From: Bacteroidota bacterium
Lineage (GTDB): Bacteria > Bacteroidota > Bacteroidia > JABEUT01
Direction: 5' to 3'
Length of the DNA stretch: 58,273 nt
Assembly (NCBI GenBank): GCA_013285805.1
Contig: JABDGY010000005.1
Location: 1 to 58,273, forward strand
In this document: positions 21,455-29,698 of the stretch, piece after piece
Layout: each line of letters starts with the position of its first letter
How positions within the stretch are numbered: the first letter of the stretch is position 1
Notes under the pieces: generated by a model
What the model saw: the letters and a program-made list of their open reading frames with translations, nothing else
Database searches by the model: none
Told to the model about the DNA's origin: nothing
Translations under genes and position numbers: made by a program

Positions 21455-22264
21455 ATGAAACACAATAGTAAAAAGGCGATTTTGTCAGCGTTTGCCCTGC
21501 TGGCTTTATTTACTGTAAAAGCACAGGATTATGTTCGCCCCGGCGGAAGCTATACCCCTTCTACAGATAATAACCCTACAGCTACTGGCCCTAAAAAATT
21601 CAGCCTTAGCCTATCAATGGGCTCAGCAATACCCTTAAAGGAGTACGCAAGCACTTATGTAAAAGGCTCTTTCTGGGATTTTAACTCACCCGACTCTACA
21701 CATTTACAAGGGTTTGCACAATCCGGATTCAATATGAATGTTACAGCCTCCTATTTGTTTTCCGATGAATTCGGTATAAAAATGATGCTTGGCTATAGTT
21801 CAAACCCATTTAATATCAATACATTCTCATCAACTGTGGGGTTTCCTTCTTATGCGTCTACCCAGACAAATTATCACGTAACTGAATACATGATTGGGCC
21901 TTATATGTCGTTATTGGTTGCCCCTAAACTACGGGTAGAACTAGGTGCAATGATTGGGCTGGTTACTATAAGCTACCCTGAAATTGTAGTTGCCCTTAAC
22001 GATACACTTACCGATACCTATGACTTTAACGGAGGTAATGGATTTGGATATTGTTTTGATGCAGGAGCTGAATACAGTATTACAAGCAACCTTAGTATCC
22101 TTATTAATGTCGCCTACACAGGCTCAACTATAAAATACAACGGGTTCGATGAAACACTCAACTCACCGGGCTATTATCCATATACCTTCTCTCACGATAC
22201 CGATGTACCTTATATGACTACCGCCATTATTAAACCCACCATAGGCATTGCGCTGAAATTTTAG
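21455..22264 (+). CDS. Outer-membrane beta-barrel protein
   Basis: Signal peptide, amphipathic beta strands and terminal Phe (IGIALKF). ATG 21455 is preferred because TATCTTTG lies at 21430-21437. Confidence 0.65.
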   Translation: MKHNSKKAILSAFALLALFTVKAQDYVRPGGSYTPSTDNNPTATGPKKFSLSLSMGSAIPLKEYASTYVKGSFWDFNSPDSTHLQGFAQSGFNMNVTASYLFSDEFGIKMMLGYSSNPFNINTFSSTVGFPSYASTQTNYHVTEYMIGPYMSLLVAPKLRVELGAMIGLVTISYPEIVVALNDTLTDTYDFNGGNGFGYCFDAGAEYSITSNLSILINVAYTGSTIKYNGFDETLNSPGYYPYTFSHDTDVPYMTTAIIKPTIGIALKF

Positions 22265-22292
22265 CGGCTTGCATAAAACCGGGCTATGCAAT

Positions 22293-22307
22293 TTATTCGT
22301 ATATTTG
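22293..22307 (+). promoter_or_regulatory. Extended -7 promoter TTATTCGTATATTTG (identical 15-mer at 27305 and 29258)
   Basis: Contains TAnnTTTG; 24 nt upstream of ATG 22332. Confidence 0.7.
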
Positions 22308-22331
22308 AAAAACAAACTTAATACCTATCCT

Positions 22332-22586
22332 ATGAAAAGACTTCTGTTTACCGCCGCATTAATCGGAATGACTGGTTTCCTTGCTCAACCCGCTTTTGCC
22401 GGAAACGGTGGTGGATGTAAAGGCAAAGGTTGCACCTGCACAGGCAGTTGCAAAGATGAAAAATGTACCATGAAATGCTGCACCGGCGACAAAGATGATA
22501 AATCTTGCAAGAAAGGTGACAAGAGTTGCACCAAAGATTGCAAGAAATCGACAACTTCAACAACTACCACCGACGACAAGAAATAA
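22332..22586 (+). CDS. Small secreted Cys/Lys-rich (metallothionein-like) protein, 84 aa
   Basis: Sec signal ending AFA; mature part of about 61 aa has 10 Cys and no aromatic residues. Has its own promoter and terminator. Confidence 0.75.
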   Translation: MKRLLFTAALIGMTGFLAQPAFAGNGGGCKGKGCTCTGSCKDEKCTMKCCTGDKDDKSCKKGDKSCTKDCKKSTTSTTTTDDKK

Positions 22587-22609
22587 TAACCTTATCTCGA
22601 ATGATAATG

Positions 22610-22646
22610 CCCTGTAGCATGAAAATTGCTGCAGGGTTTTTATTTT
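22610..22646 (+). terminator. Rho-independent terminator
   Basis: Stem CCCTGTAGCA/TGCTGCAGGG followed by TTTTTATTTT. Confidence 0.8.
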
Positions 22647-22675
22647 ATATCTGGTGGAAATAGTAGTTTTGTTGC

Positions 22676-23527
22676 ATGCCAGCAACAGCAACTATAAAAG
22701 TACCTGGAACGGAAGTTGAAAAGCTAACGGGTGAAAAATTCCCGTTAACAAACCGAAACCTGCACCTTTCAATTGAATTAAGGGAAAATCAGTTATTGGC
22801 TGTGTTGCTCGACAAAAGAAGCAATCAATATATTGCATGGGCTTCCTATCCGCTAAATAAAGACAACTCACTTGATAAAATACTTGAAGATGAAATGCTA
22901 AGCACAGCCGCTTCAAGCGTATCTGTGGCTTTTACATCGAACAATTACATACTGGTACCTGCTTTATATTTTAAGAAAGAAGCCCTGAAGGATTACCTTA
23001 CTACCCAGCAGTTATATAAAACCGACGAAACTCCCTGCTACGACTACATAAAGAACCTTGATAGCTACAACCTGTATACTACAGGCAAAAGCCTCGATAC
23101 ATTACGCAAGAAATACCCCGGTGCGTCTTTCAGGCATAGTTCAAGCCTATTTCTTGAACAACTGCTGACAGAAAATAAAAACACAGAAGACGATAAGGTA
23201 TTTGCCTGCGTTTTTTCTAATTACGTTGATGTGGCTGTTATACAATCGGGTAAACTTTTATTATCGAACCGCTACCAGTTTCAAAACACCAACGACTTTA
23301 TTTATAACCTGCTTTGGGTTTATGAACAGCTTAAGCTAAATGCAGAAAAAGTACCCTGCATATTTTACGGTGAAATTGAAAAGGACTCAGAGCCCTATAA
23401 GCTCTCTTCAAGATACATTAAGAAATTAAGTACAGGCGATAAAGGCATGCCACCCTGCACTGCACCTTTAAACACTTTACAGCCCCATACGTATCATTCA
23501 TTATTTACACAGTATTTATGCGTATAA
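22676..23527 (+). CDS. DUF3822-family protein
   Basis: LVPALYF motif and L.N.Y.F....DF.Y.LL pattern; overlaps the rsmD start as is usual in Bacteroidota. Confidence 0.7.
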   Translation: MPATATIKVPGTEVEKLTGEKFPLTNRNLHLSIELRENQLLAVLLDKRSNQYIAWASYPLNKDNSLDKILEDEMLSTAASSVSVAFTSNNYILVPALYFKKEALKDYLTTQQLYKTDETPCYDYIKNLDSYNLYTTGKSLDTLRKKYPGASFRHSSSLFLEQLLTENKNTEDDKVFACVFSNYVDVAVIQSGKLLLSNRYQFQNTNDFIYNLLWVYEQLKLNAEKVPCIFYGEIEKDSEPYKLSSRYIKKLSTGDKGMPPCTAPLNTLQPHTYHSLFTQYLCV

Positions 23528-24078
23528 GCGGGGGTAACCTGAAAGGGCGCAAGGTGCCGGACAAAAAACTGAACCTTCGCCCCACAACCAACAGAGCAAA
23601 ACAAGGCTTATTCAATATTCTGCGCAACCGCATGGACTGGACACAGTGCACAGCGCTGGACCTATTCAGCGGCACAGGTAGCATGGCTTATGAGCTATCG
23701 TCAAATGGGTGCATACAGGTAACCGCGGTTGATATAAGCTCCGCTAATTGCAACTTTATACGCACCAATGCCAAACAATTTAACATTACTAACCTGGTAA
23801 TTGTCCGTAGCGATGCCCTTTCATTTTTAAGGAGCCACAGCGAACCTTACGACGTAATTATTGCCGACCCTCCTTACGATTACACACATTTTGGTGTTAT
23901 ACCCGAATTGGTATTTCAACGGAACCTTTTAAAAGAAAATGGCTGGCTGATAATTGAACACTCCCGAAGGACTTCATTTAAAGATGCACCATTCTTTTCC
24001 GAACAACGAAACTATGGAGAGGTTCATTTCAGCTTTTTCTGCAAGGAAAATACACTAAAAGAAGAGGCTCCAAGTTAA
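23518..24078 (+). CDS. rsmD: 16S rRNA m2G966 methyltransferase RsmD
   Basis: MRISGG.LKGR, RPTT.RAKQGLFN, LDLFSGTG, ADPPY and IEH. Confidence 0.9.
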   Translation: MRISGGNLKGRKVPDKKLNLRPTTNRAKQGLFNILRNRMDWTQCTALDLFSGTGSMAYELSSNGCIQVTAVDISSANCNFIRTNAKQFNITNLVIVRSDALSFLRSHSEPYDVIIADPPYDYTHFGVIPELVFQRNLLKENGWLIIEHSRRTSFKDAPFFSEQRNYGEVHFSFFCKENTLKEEAPS

Positions 24079-24120
24079 TATCTATAGTTGAGTCTTTTTC
24101 TTTCGTAACTTTACACAGTT

Positions 24121-25068
24121 ATGGCAAATAACAGGTTATATATTTTACTGCTTATTGTTGCTGTAAGTTGCTTACACCCTTCCCGGGCCTTTGCCCTCAG
24201 CAAGGATTCTTCAAATTACATTAAATTATACGAGGATACCCTTAAAAAACTTCAATTCGGGCGTATAGCTGTACATACATCTGATAAACAAAAGGAAGCG
24301 GCAAATACCCGATTCCTGAACATAATGCAAAAGGCATTAAACCTGCCTAATTCCTTTAATTACCCTTTTGATTCCTTAAAAACCATTGGCCATTTAACGT
24401 CCGATGATAAACAATTCCGTATACTAAGCTGGAACCTGGCCAAAGCTGATGGCACCTATGAGTATTTCGGGTTTATTCAGTCGCTTAACCCCAAAACAAA
24501 GAAATATGTGCTTTATCCCTTAAAGGATAAATCGGCTGAAATAACTAATCTCGGGGGCGAAACCCTTACCCCAGATAAATGGCTGGGCATGGTCTATTAT
24601 AAAATTGTCAGCATGAAAGATGAGAAGTTTTACATGTTGCTTGCATGGTCAGGCTATAACAAACTCATTACCAGGAAGATTATAGATGTAGTTACATTCA
24701 ATACTGAAGGGGTACCAAGCTTTGGTAAGAATGTTTTCAGCCACCTGCCATCGAAATTCAAGGGAGCTTCTAAGCGCATTGTTTTCCAGTATTCTGCATC
24801 AAGTACCATGTCGTTGGAATATAACCCCGGTAAAGATGTTATTGTTTTTGACCGTTTAGAACCCACCGAGGCGGGTTTAGAGGGCCAGTACGAATATTAT
24901 GCCCCTAACCTTATGGCAGTTGACGGCTTAGCCTATAAAGATGGCAAATGGGAATACGCCGAGGACATTGGACCTCGTAATTCGTCGCAGAAGGTAGACA
25001 ATATGTATCACGATGAAAAAGACGGTGATAAACAGGGTGATAAAAAACCTGTATATACTCCACATTAA
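24121..25068 (+). CDS. Conserved exported hypothetical protein
   Basis: 315-aa ORF with signal peptide; SF.YPFDSL, FRI.SWN and W.G..YY motifs; function not recognised. Confidence 0.7.
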   Translation: MANNRLYILLLIVAVSCLHPSRAFALSKDSSNYIKLYEDTLKKLQFGRIAVHTSDKQKEAANTRFLNIMQKALNLPNSFNYPFDSLKTIGHLTSDDKQFRILSWNLAKADGTYEYFGFIQSLNPKTKKYVLYPLKDKSAEITNLGGETLTPDKWLGMVYYKIVSMKDEKFYMLLAWSGYNKLITRKIIDVVTFNTEGVPSFGKNVFSHLPSKFKGASKRIVFQYSASSTMSLEYNPGKDVIVFDRLEPTEAGLEGQYEYYAPNLMAVDGLAYKDGKWEYAEDIGPRNSSQKVDNMYHDEKDGDKQGDKKPVYTPH

Positions 25069-25104
25069 AAATATAAATTTGCATCAACTTATACATCCTC
25101 TCTT

Positions 25105-26196
25105 ATGAAAAAAGTTCACAACTTCAGCGCAGGACCCGCAATTCTTCCTGCCGAAGTACTTAAAGAAGCATCGCAAGCGGTCATTGAATTCAACAACTCA
25201 GGTATGTCGTTGCTTGAAATGTCGCACCGCGGCAAAGATTTTATTAACGTAATGGAAGAAGCTCGTGCCCTTGTAAAAGAGCTTATGGGCCTTGGTAACG
25301 ACTACCAGGTTTTATTCCTTGGCGGAGGCGCAAGCATGCAATTTGCTATGGTGCCGAGTAACCTGCTCATCGCAGGTAAATCTGCAGCCTATGTAAATAC
25401 AGGAGTATGGGCAAGCAAAGCCATAAAAGAGGCAAAACTGGTGGGAGATGTAAATGTTATTGCTTCTTCTGAAGATAAAAAATTCAGCTATATACCCAAA
25501 GGCTATACCATACCTGCCGATTCAAGCTACCTGCACATTACTTCGAACAATACCATATATGGTACCCAAATGCACAGCTTCCCCGATTCACCAATCCCGG
25601 TAGTGTGCGATATGTCGTCAGATATTTTCAGCCGCAGGGTCGATTTCAGCAAATTCGGACTGATATATGCAGGCGCTCAAAAGAACATGGGCGCTGCCGG
25701 CGCTACTATGGTGATAGTAAAAGAAAGCCTGTTGGGAAAAACCGGAAGGAAAATGTTCTCCATGCTCGATTACCAGGTGCACATTAAAGGAGAATCTATG
25801 TTCAACACCCCACCGGTGTTCCCTATATATATAAGCCTGTTAACTATGAAATGGCTTAAGAAAAACGGCGGGCTGACATGGATTGAAAAAGTGAATAACG
25901 AGAAAGCTGAACTCTTCTTCAATGAGCTGGATCGTAACTCTCTCTTCACCGGCACATGCGCCAAGGAAGACCGTTCTAAGATGAACCCTACCTTCCTCCT
26001 TACGAAACCTGAACTGGAAGAGTCATTCAATAAAATGTGGAAAGAAGCAGGAATAGATGGCATAAAAGGACACAGGGATGTGGGCGGCTATCGTGCATCG
26101 ATGTACAATGCGCTTACACTCGACAGTGTAAAAACATTGGTTGATGTAATGAAAGAATTTGAAAAGAAGTACGCTGACGCCAAGGTGACGGCGTAG
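25105..26196 (+). CDS. serC: Phosphoserine aminotransferase
   Basis: NFSAGPA.LP, SHR, DMSSDI.SR, YAGAQKN (PLP Lys), NTPP and GHR.VGGYRASMYNA; promoter TAAATTTG at 25074-25081. Confidence 0.97.
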   Translation: MKKVHNFSAGPAILPAEVLKEASQAVIEFNNSGMSLLEMSHRGKDFINVMEEARALVKELMGLGNDYQVLFLGGGASMQFAMVPSNLLIAGKSAAYVNTGVWASKAIKEAKLVGDVNVIASSEDKKFSYIPKGYTIPADSSYLHITSNNTIYGTQMHSFPDSPIPVVCDMSSDIFSRRVDFSKFGLIYAGAQKNMGAAGATMVIVKESLLGKTGRKMFSMLDYQVHIKGESMFNTPPVFPIYISLLTMKWLKKNGGLTWIEKVNNEKAELFFNELDRNSLFTGTCAKEDRSKMNPTFLLTKPELEESFNKMWKEAGIDGIKGHRDVGGYRASMYNALTLDSVKTLVDVMKEFEKKYADAKVTA

Positions 26197-26198
26197 CC

Positions 26199-26278
26199 GA
26201 ATAATGAATAACGAATCATGAATATCCAATACTGAGATACTTCGAAATTCAAAATTCCTTGTTCGATATTCGATATTT
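26199..26278. repeat. Heptamer-periodic inverted repeat element, copy 2
   Basis: GAATAAT GAATAAC GAATCAT GAATATC CAATACT ... GAAATTC AAAATTC CTTGTTC GATATTC GATATTT fills the serC-serA gap. Confidence 0.78.
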
Positions 26279-26290
26279 ATAAAACAGATT

Positions 26291-27238
26291 ATGAAAAAAA
26301 TACTTGCCAACGACGGCATGGAGGCTGAAGGCATTAAACTCCTCGAAAAAGCCGGCTACATTGTTATCACTGAAAAAGTGGCCCAGGACGAGCTTTCTGA
26401 AGCTATTAATGAAAACGATTATGTGGCACTTACCGTTCGCAGCGCTACTAAAGTAAATAAAGAACTTATTGACCAATGCCCTTCACTGCGTGTTATTGCA
26501 CGTGGCGGTGTTGGTATGGATAATATTGATGTGGAATATGCCAAGAAGAAGAATATACAGGTAGTAAATACTCCTGCAGCTTCTTCCTTATCGGTTGCGG
26601 AACTGGTTATAGCACATATCTATAGTATGTCGCGCTGGTTACACGAATCGAACCGCACTATGCCTGTGCAAGGTGGCACCGAATTTGCCGCGTTGAAAAA
26701 GAAATATTCCAAAGGCTATGAACTTGGCGGTAAGACTATGGGCATTATCGGATTCGGACGTATTGGCCAAAGTGTGGCAAAACTCGCATTAGGCAATGGC
26801 ATGAAGGTAGTAGCTTATGACCCTTTTATTGCTGATGCTAAAATTGATGTTGAGATTTTCGGAGCAGGAAAAGTAACGGCCCACATTAAAACATCTTCAC
26901 TTGATGATGTGTTAAAGATGAGTGACTATATCACCTTGCATGTACCGGGCGGCAAGCTTATTGGTAAAGACGAGATTAAGAAGATGAAAAAAGGTGTAAT
27001 GCTGGTTAATGCATCTCGCGGTGGTGTTATAGATGAAAAAGATTTACTGGAAGGTTTGAACTCAGGACATATAGCCCATGCTGCTTTAGATGTTTTTGAA
27101 GGAGAACCTACACCAAAGAAAGAATTACTGCAGCATCCTAAAATATCAATGACCCCGCACATTGGTGGCTCTACTGAAGAGGCACAACAACGTATTGGTG
27201 TTGAGTTAGCTGAAAAGATTATACATTTCCTCCGCTAA
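26291..27238 (+). CDS. serA: D-3-phosphoglycerate dehydrogenase (D-2-hydroxyacid dehydrogenase family)
   Basis: VRSAT, RGGVGMDNID, GIIGFGRIG, NASRGG, LDVFE.EP and TPHIGGST.EAQ; follows serC. Confidence 0.9.
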   Translation: MKKILANDGMEAEGIKLLEKAGYIVITEKVAQDELSEAINENDYVALTVRSATKVNKELIDQCPSLRVIARGGVGMDNIDVEYAKKKNIQVVNTPAASSLSVAELVIAHIYSMSRWLHESNRTMPVQGGTEFAALKKKYSKGYELGGKTMGIIGFGRIGQSVAKLALGNGMKVVAYDPFIADAKIDVEIFGAGKVTAHIKTSSLDDVLKMSDYITLHVPGGKLIGKDEIKKMKKGVMLVNASRGGVIDEKDLLEGLNSGHIAHAALDVFEGEPTPKKELLQHPKISMTPHIGGSTEEAQQRIGVELAEKIIHFLR

Positions 27239-27273
27239 TATTTAAGATTTAGGAATTGAGATTTAAGATTTGA
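27239..27273. repeat. Heptamer tandem repeat (ATTTAAG-like)
   Basis: ATTTAAG ATTTAGG AATTGAG ATTTAAG ATTTG directly after the serA stop. Confidence 0.6.
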
Positions 27274-27339
27274 CAACGTGAGAGTCATGCTGGAATCGGT
27301 TCACTTATTCGTATATTTGTATATAATAAAACTATAGAA

Positions 27340-27612
27340 ATGATTAAGGCGGTTGCTGTAAAAGTATTAAATAACTATAATCTCTATATAAAGTTTAACG
27401 ACGGCGTTGAAGGTACTGTTGATTTATCCCACCTTAAAGATGGAAAAGCTTTTAGCATGTGGAAGGAACAAGGTAATTTTGAAAAAGCGCATATTGAAGG
27501 GGAAGCTATAGCATGGGATGAAAATCTGGATATCGACGCATTGAGCCTTTATCTACAGCTCACCAAACAAACATTTGCTGATTACACCGCCAAGCAAAAG
27601 AACCATGCCTAA
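27340..27612 (+). CDS. DUF2442-family protein (putative antitoxin)
   Basis: Y.L.I.F.DG..G.VDLS...IAW....DID...LY pattern; promoter TATATTTG at 27312-27319. Confidence 0.75.
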   Translation: MIKAVAVKVLNNYNLYIKFNDGVEGTVDLSHLKDGKAFSMWKEQGNFEKAHIEGEAIAWDENLDIDALSLYLQLTKQTFADYTAKQKNHA

Positions 27613-27865
27613 AATATCTTTTTTCTACGGCATAGTTATTTACATGTATTTTAATGACCACCATCCGGCACATTTTCATGCTATTTATGGAGAATACAGC
27701 GCCAAAATAGGAATTAACGACTATGCATTACTTGATGGATACCTTCCGCCAAAAGCATTCTCTCTTGTGGTTGAATGGGCAGCATTGCATAAAAGTGAGC
27801 TACTGAGCAACTGGGATAATATGTTGAAAAAAGAACCGTTCAACGCAATTGCTCCTCTTGAATAA
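27605..27865 (+). CDS. DUF4160-family protein (putative toxin)
   Basis: MPKISFFYGIVIYMYF.DH.PAHFHA.Y...LV.EWA..H..EL..NW...I.PLE; overlaps the upstream gene. Confidence 0.85.
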   Translation: MPKISFFYGIVIYMYFNDHHPAHFHAIYGEYSAKIGINDYALLDGYLPPKAFSLVVEWAALHKSELLSNWDNMLKKEPFNAIAPLE

Positions 27866-27875
27866 AGAAAAATTT

Positions 27876-28337
27876 ATGAAAAAATTAATCATATTACTGA
27901 CTGCAATTGCCCTAACTTCATGTAATCATTATACTACTGATAACAATTCGGAAAGCCAAGCCGTTCTCAATACCGATAAAGAGTTTAATGACTATTGTGC
28001 TAAAAATGGGCAGGCGGCCGCGTTTGTTAAGTATGCCGACTCATCACTCATTGCATTGGGTGAAGGCAGGCTACCTATACGTGGTATTGAGGAATTAAAA
28101 CAAGACTATGCCAAACGACATGACAGCAATAAACTGGCATGGATGCCTGAACGTGGCGAAGCATCAGGCAATATGGGATATACTTTTGGCTGGTGGAAAT
28201 ATTACACCAAAACCCGTGCAGGGCATGATACCGTTTACCAGGGCGATTATGTAACCGTCTGGAAAAAACAAAAAGACGGCTCGTGGAAATATGTGCTTGA
28301 TGGAGGAAACGATACCCCGGCGCATAATAAGTTTTAG
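27876..28337 (+). CDS. NTF2-like / DUF4440 (YybH) lipoprotein
   Basis: Lipobox LTSC; SG.MGYTFG.W and G.Y.TVWKKQ.DGSWK..LDGG. Confidence 0.82.
   Translation: MKKLIILLTAIALTSCNHYTTDNNSESQAVLNTDKEFNDYCAKNGQAAAFVKYADSSLIALGEGRLPIRGIEELKQDYAKRHDSNKLAWMPERGEASGNMGYTFGWWKYYTKTRAGHDTVYQGDYVTVWKKQKDGSWKYVLDGGNDTPAHNKF
28303..28336 (+). repeat. Direct repeat A, copy 1 (3' end of DUF4440 gene)
   Basis: GAGGAAACGATACCCCGGCGCATAATAAGTTTTA; 32 of 34 nt match 29213-29246. Confidence 0.9.
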
Positions 28338-28861
28338 GTTTTTTTTCTTCCGAAGAACTTCTTTAACCACGCTACTATTCTTTTGTCAGTAGAATATTTA
28401 TTGATGTTATGTAATTGCTCAACGTCAGCCGCATCTTTTAACCGGCCTGTTAACATCTTATTCACAATTAAATCCTGCAGGTGAATAAAATTCACCACTA
28501 AATTATCTACATACTTATATGAAATGCTCCTTTCCCGGGCATCTGTATACTCTACTCCAGTAATAGCATTAAACAAATCTATTTGTATGGGTTCGGCTCC
28601 AATCTTAACCGCGAATGGCTTTTTAAAGTCAGTGTTTTTGATGTGATCAACCAATTTCGAGGGGAACTTAAGCTCTTTAAATGCTGTAATAAGTCTTTTT
28701 TTATTCCTATCTTCAGGATTTATCCATATATCTAAATCACCCGTTGTTCTACCATATCCATAAAATACAACCGCATATCCGCCGACAATCATAAAATCGA
28801 CTTCATTATTATTGAGGGCATGCAATACATCCTCAAAATTCTCAGCCAGCTTTAGTGACAT
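28334..28861 (-). CDS. Nucleotidyltransferase (Pol-beta superfamily; putative TA component)
   Basis: VGGYAV..YG..RTTGDLDIW signature and C-terminal L..NK...GR.KD..D. Confidence 0.82.
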   Translation of the reverse strand: MSLKLAENFEDVLHALNNNEVDFMIVGGYAVVFYGYGRTTGDLDIWINPEDRNKKRLITAFKELKFPSKLVDHIKNTDFKKPFAVKIGAEPIQIDLFNAITGVEYTDARERSISYKYVDNLVVNFIHLQDLIVNKMLTGRLKDAADVEQLHNINKYSTDKRIVAWLKKFFGRKKT

Positions 28862-29141
28862 ACGGAAGCATTATTTTGAATACTTTTTCAAGTACCGGCC
28901 ATGAACCGTCGGGGTGCAGAAACTTGTTATAAACTTGTTTACGCAGAAACTCTAAGTTCTCCATACGTTGGTCGTATGACAGTGACGCATTTTCCTTCGC
29001 AGTAGCCTGGCTCATTTCTTCAAATGAATTGAAAACAGCTACACTTACCTTTTTATTCCTGTTGAAGGTGTAAGTAGCCATTGGCTCTGCAACTTTAGCT
29101 GTTTTTTTAACAACCTTCTTTTTATAGTTTTTACTTTTCAT
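28842..29141 (-). CDS. Small hypothetical partner of the nucleotidyltransferase
   Basis: 99 aa, overlaps the NTase start; FNSFEE...R...L..LR pattern; promoter TATATTTG on the minus strand at 29157-29164. Confidence 0.65.
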   Translation of the reverse strand: MKSKNYKKKVVKKTAKVAEPMATYTFNRNKKVSVAVFNSFEEMSQATAKENASLSYDQRMENLEFLRKQVYNKFLHPDGSWPVLEKVFKIMLPYVTKAG

Positions 29142-29212
29142 GCTATCTTCCTTATTCAAATATACGTATTTCAGGTAAGTATATTAGTTGTAATCACAGA
29201 TTAACACTTACA

Positions 29213-29246
29213 GAGGAAAAGATACTCCGGCGCATAATAAGTTTTA
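29213..29246 (+). repeat. Direct repeat A, copy 2 (orphan duplicate of DUF4440 3' end)
   Basis: GAGGAAAAGATACTCCGGCGCATAATAAGTTTTA; still encodes GKDTPAHNKF-stop. Confidence 0.9.
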
Positions 29247-29291
29247 AACTTTACTTTTTATTCGTATATTTGAAAGTATACATTCATTCTC

Positions 29292-29471
29292 ATGGGCACA
29301 TTACAGGAAAATATACCAATAAATCCTGAAGAAGTTATTCAGGCAGCTCATGAAACCTTATTAAAAAAGGTTGTCATGAAGACTTTGAACATCGTGGTTC
29401 TTGTAGTTCTTGTTGCAATTACCGCAGGTATTATCCTAACACTCGGATTGAGTAGCTACCACCCGGGATGA
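29292..29471 (+). CDS. Unannotated 59-aa single-pass membrane protein
   Basis: MGTLQENIPINPEEVIQAAHETLLKKVVMKTLNIVVLVVLVAITAGIILTLGLSSYHPG; promoter TTATTCGTATATTTG at 29258-29272. Confidence 0.65.
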   Translation: MGTLQENIPINPEEVIQAAHETLLKKVVMKTLNIVVLVVLVAITAGIILTLGLSSYHPG

Positions 29472-29485
29472 TAGTGTAGTCATTA

Positions 29486-29613
29486 CTAAAATCCTTCGCA
29501 TTACTTCTCCGCATTAAGTCGTATCTTTGGGTATATGAATTTTGAATTAGAATCAGACTTTTCACCCACCGGCGACCAGCCACAGGCGATATAGCAGTTA
29601 GTAAAAGGGATTA
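29486..29613 (+). pseudogene. uvrB: Orphan copy of uvrB promoter and first ~26 codons (direct repeat B, copy 1)
   Basis: Aligns with 33391-33518; reads MNFELESDFSPTGDQPQAI*QLVKGI with TAG at 29592-29594. Confidence 0.92.
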
Positions 29614-29698
29614 TTAATTCAGGGCATAATCAACTATTGGATTGCATCAGAATAATAAAAAGTTTGTATTTTTGGACTCAGAATAATACCGCTTGAAA

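Noticed and set aside
22332-22586. Cys-rich peptide as a RiPP precursor
   Set aside because: It has an ordinary Sec signal peptide, and no radical SAM, YcaO, Lan or peptidase-transporter genes are nearby.
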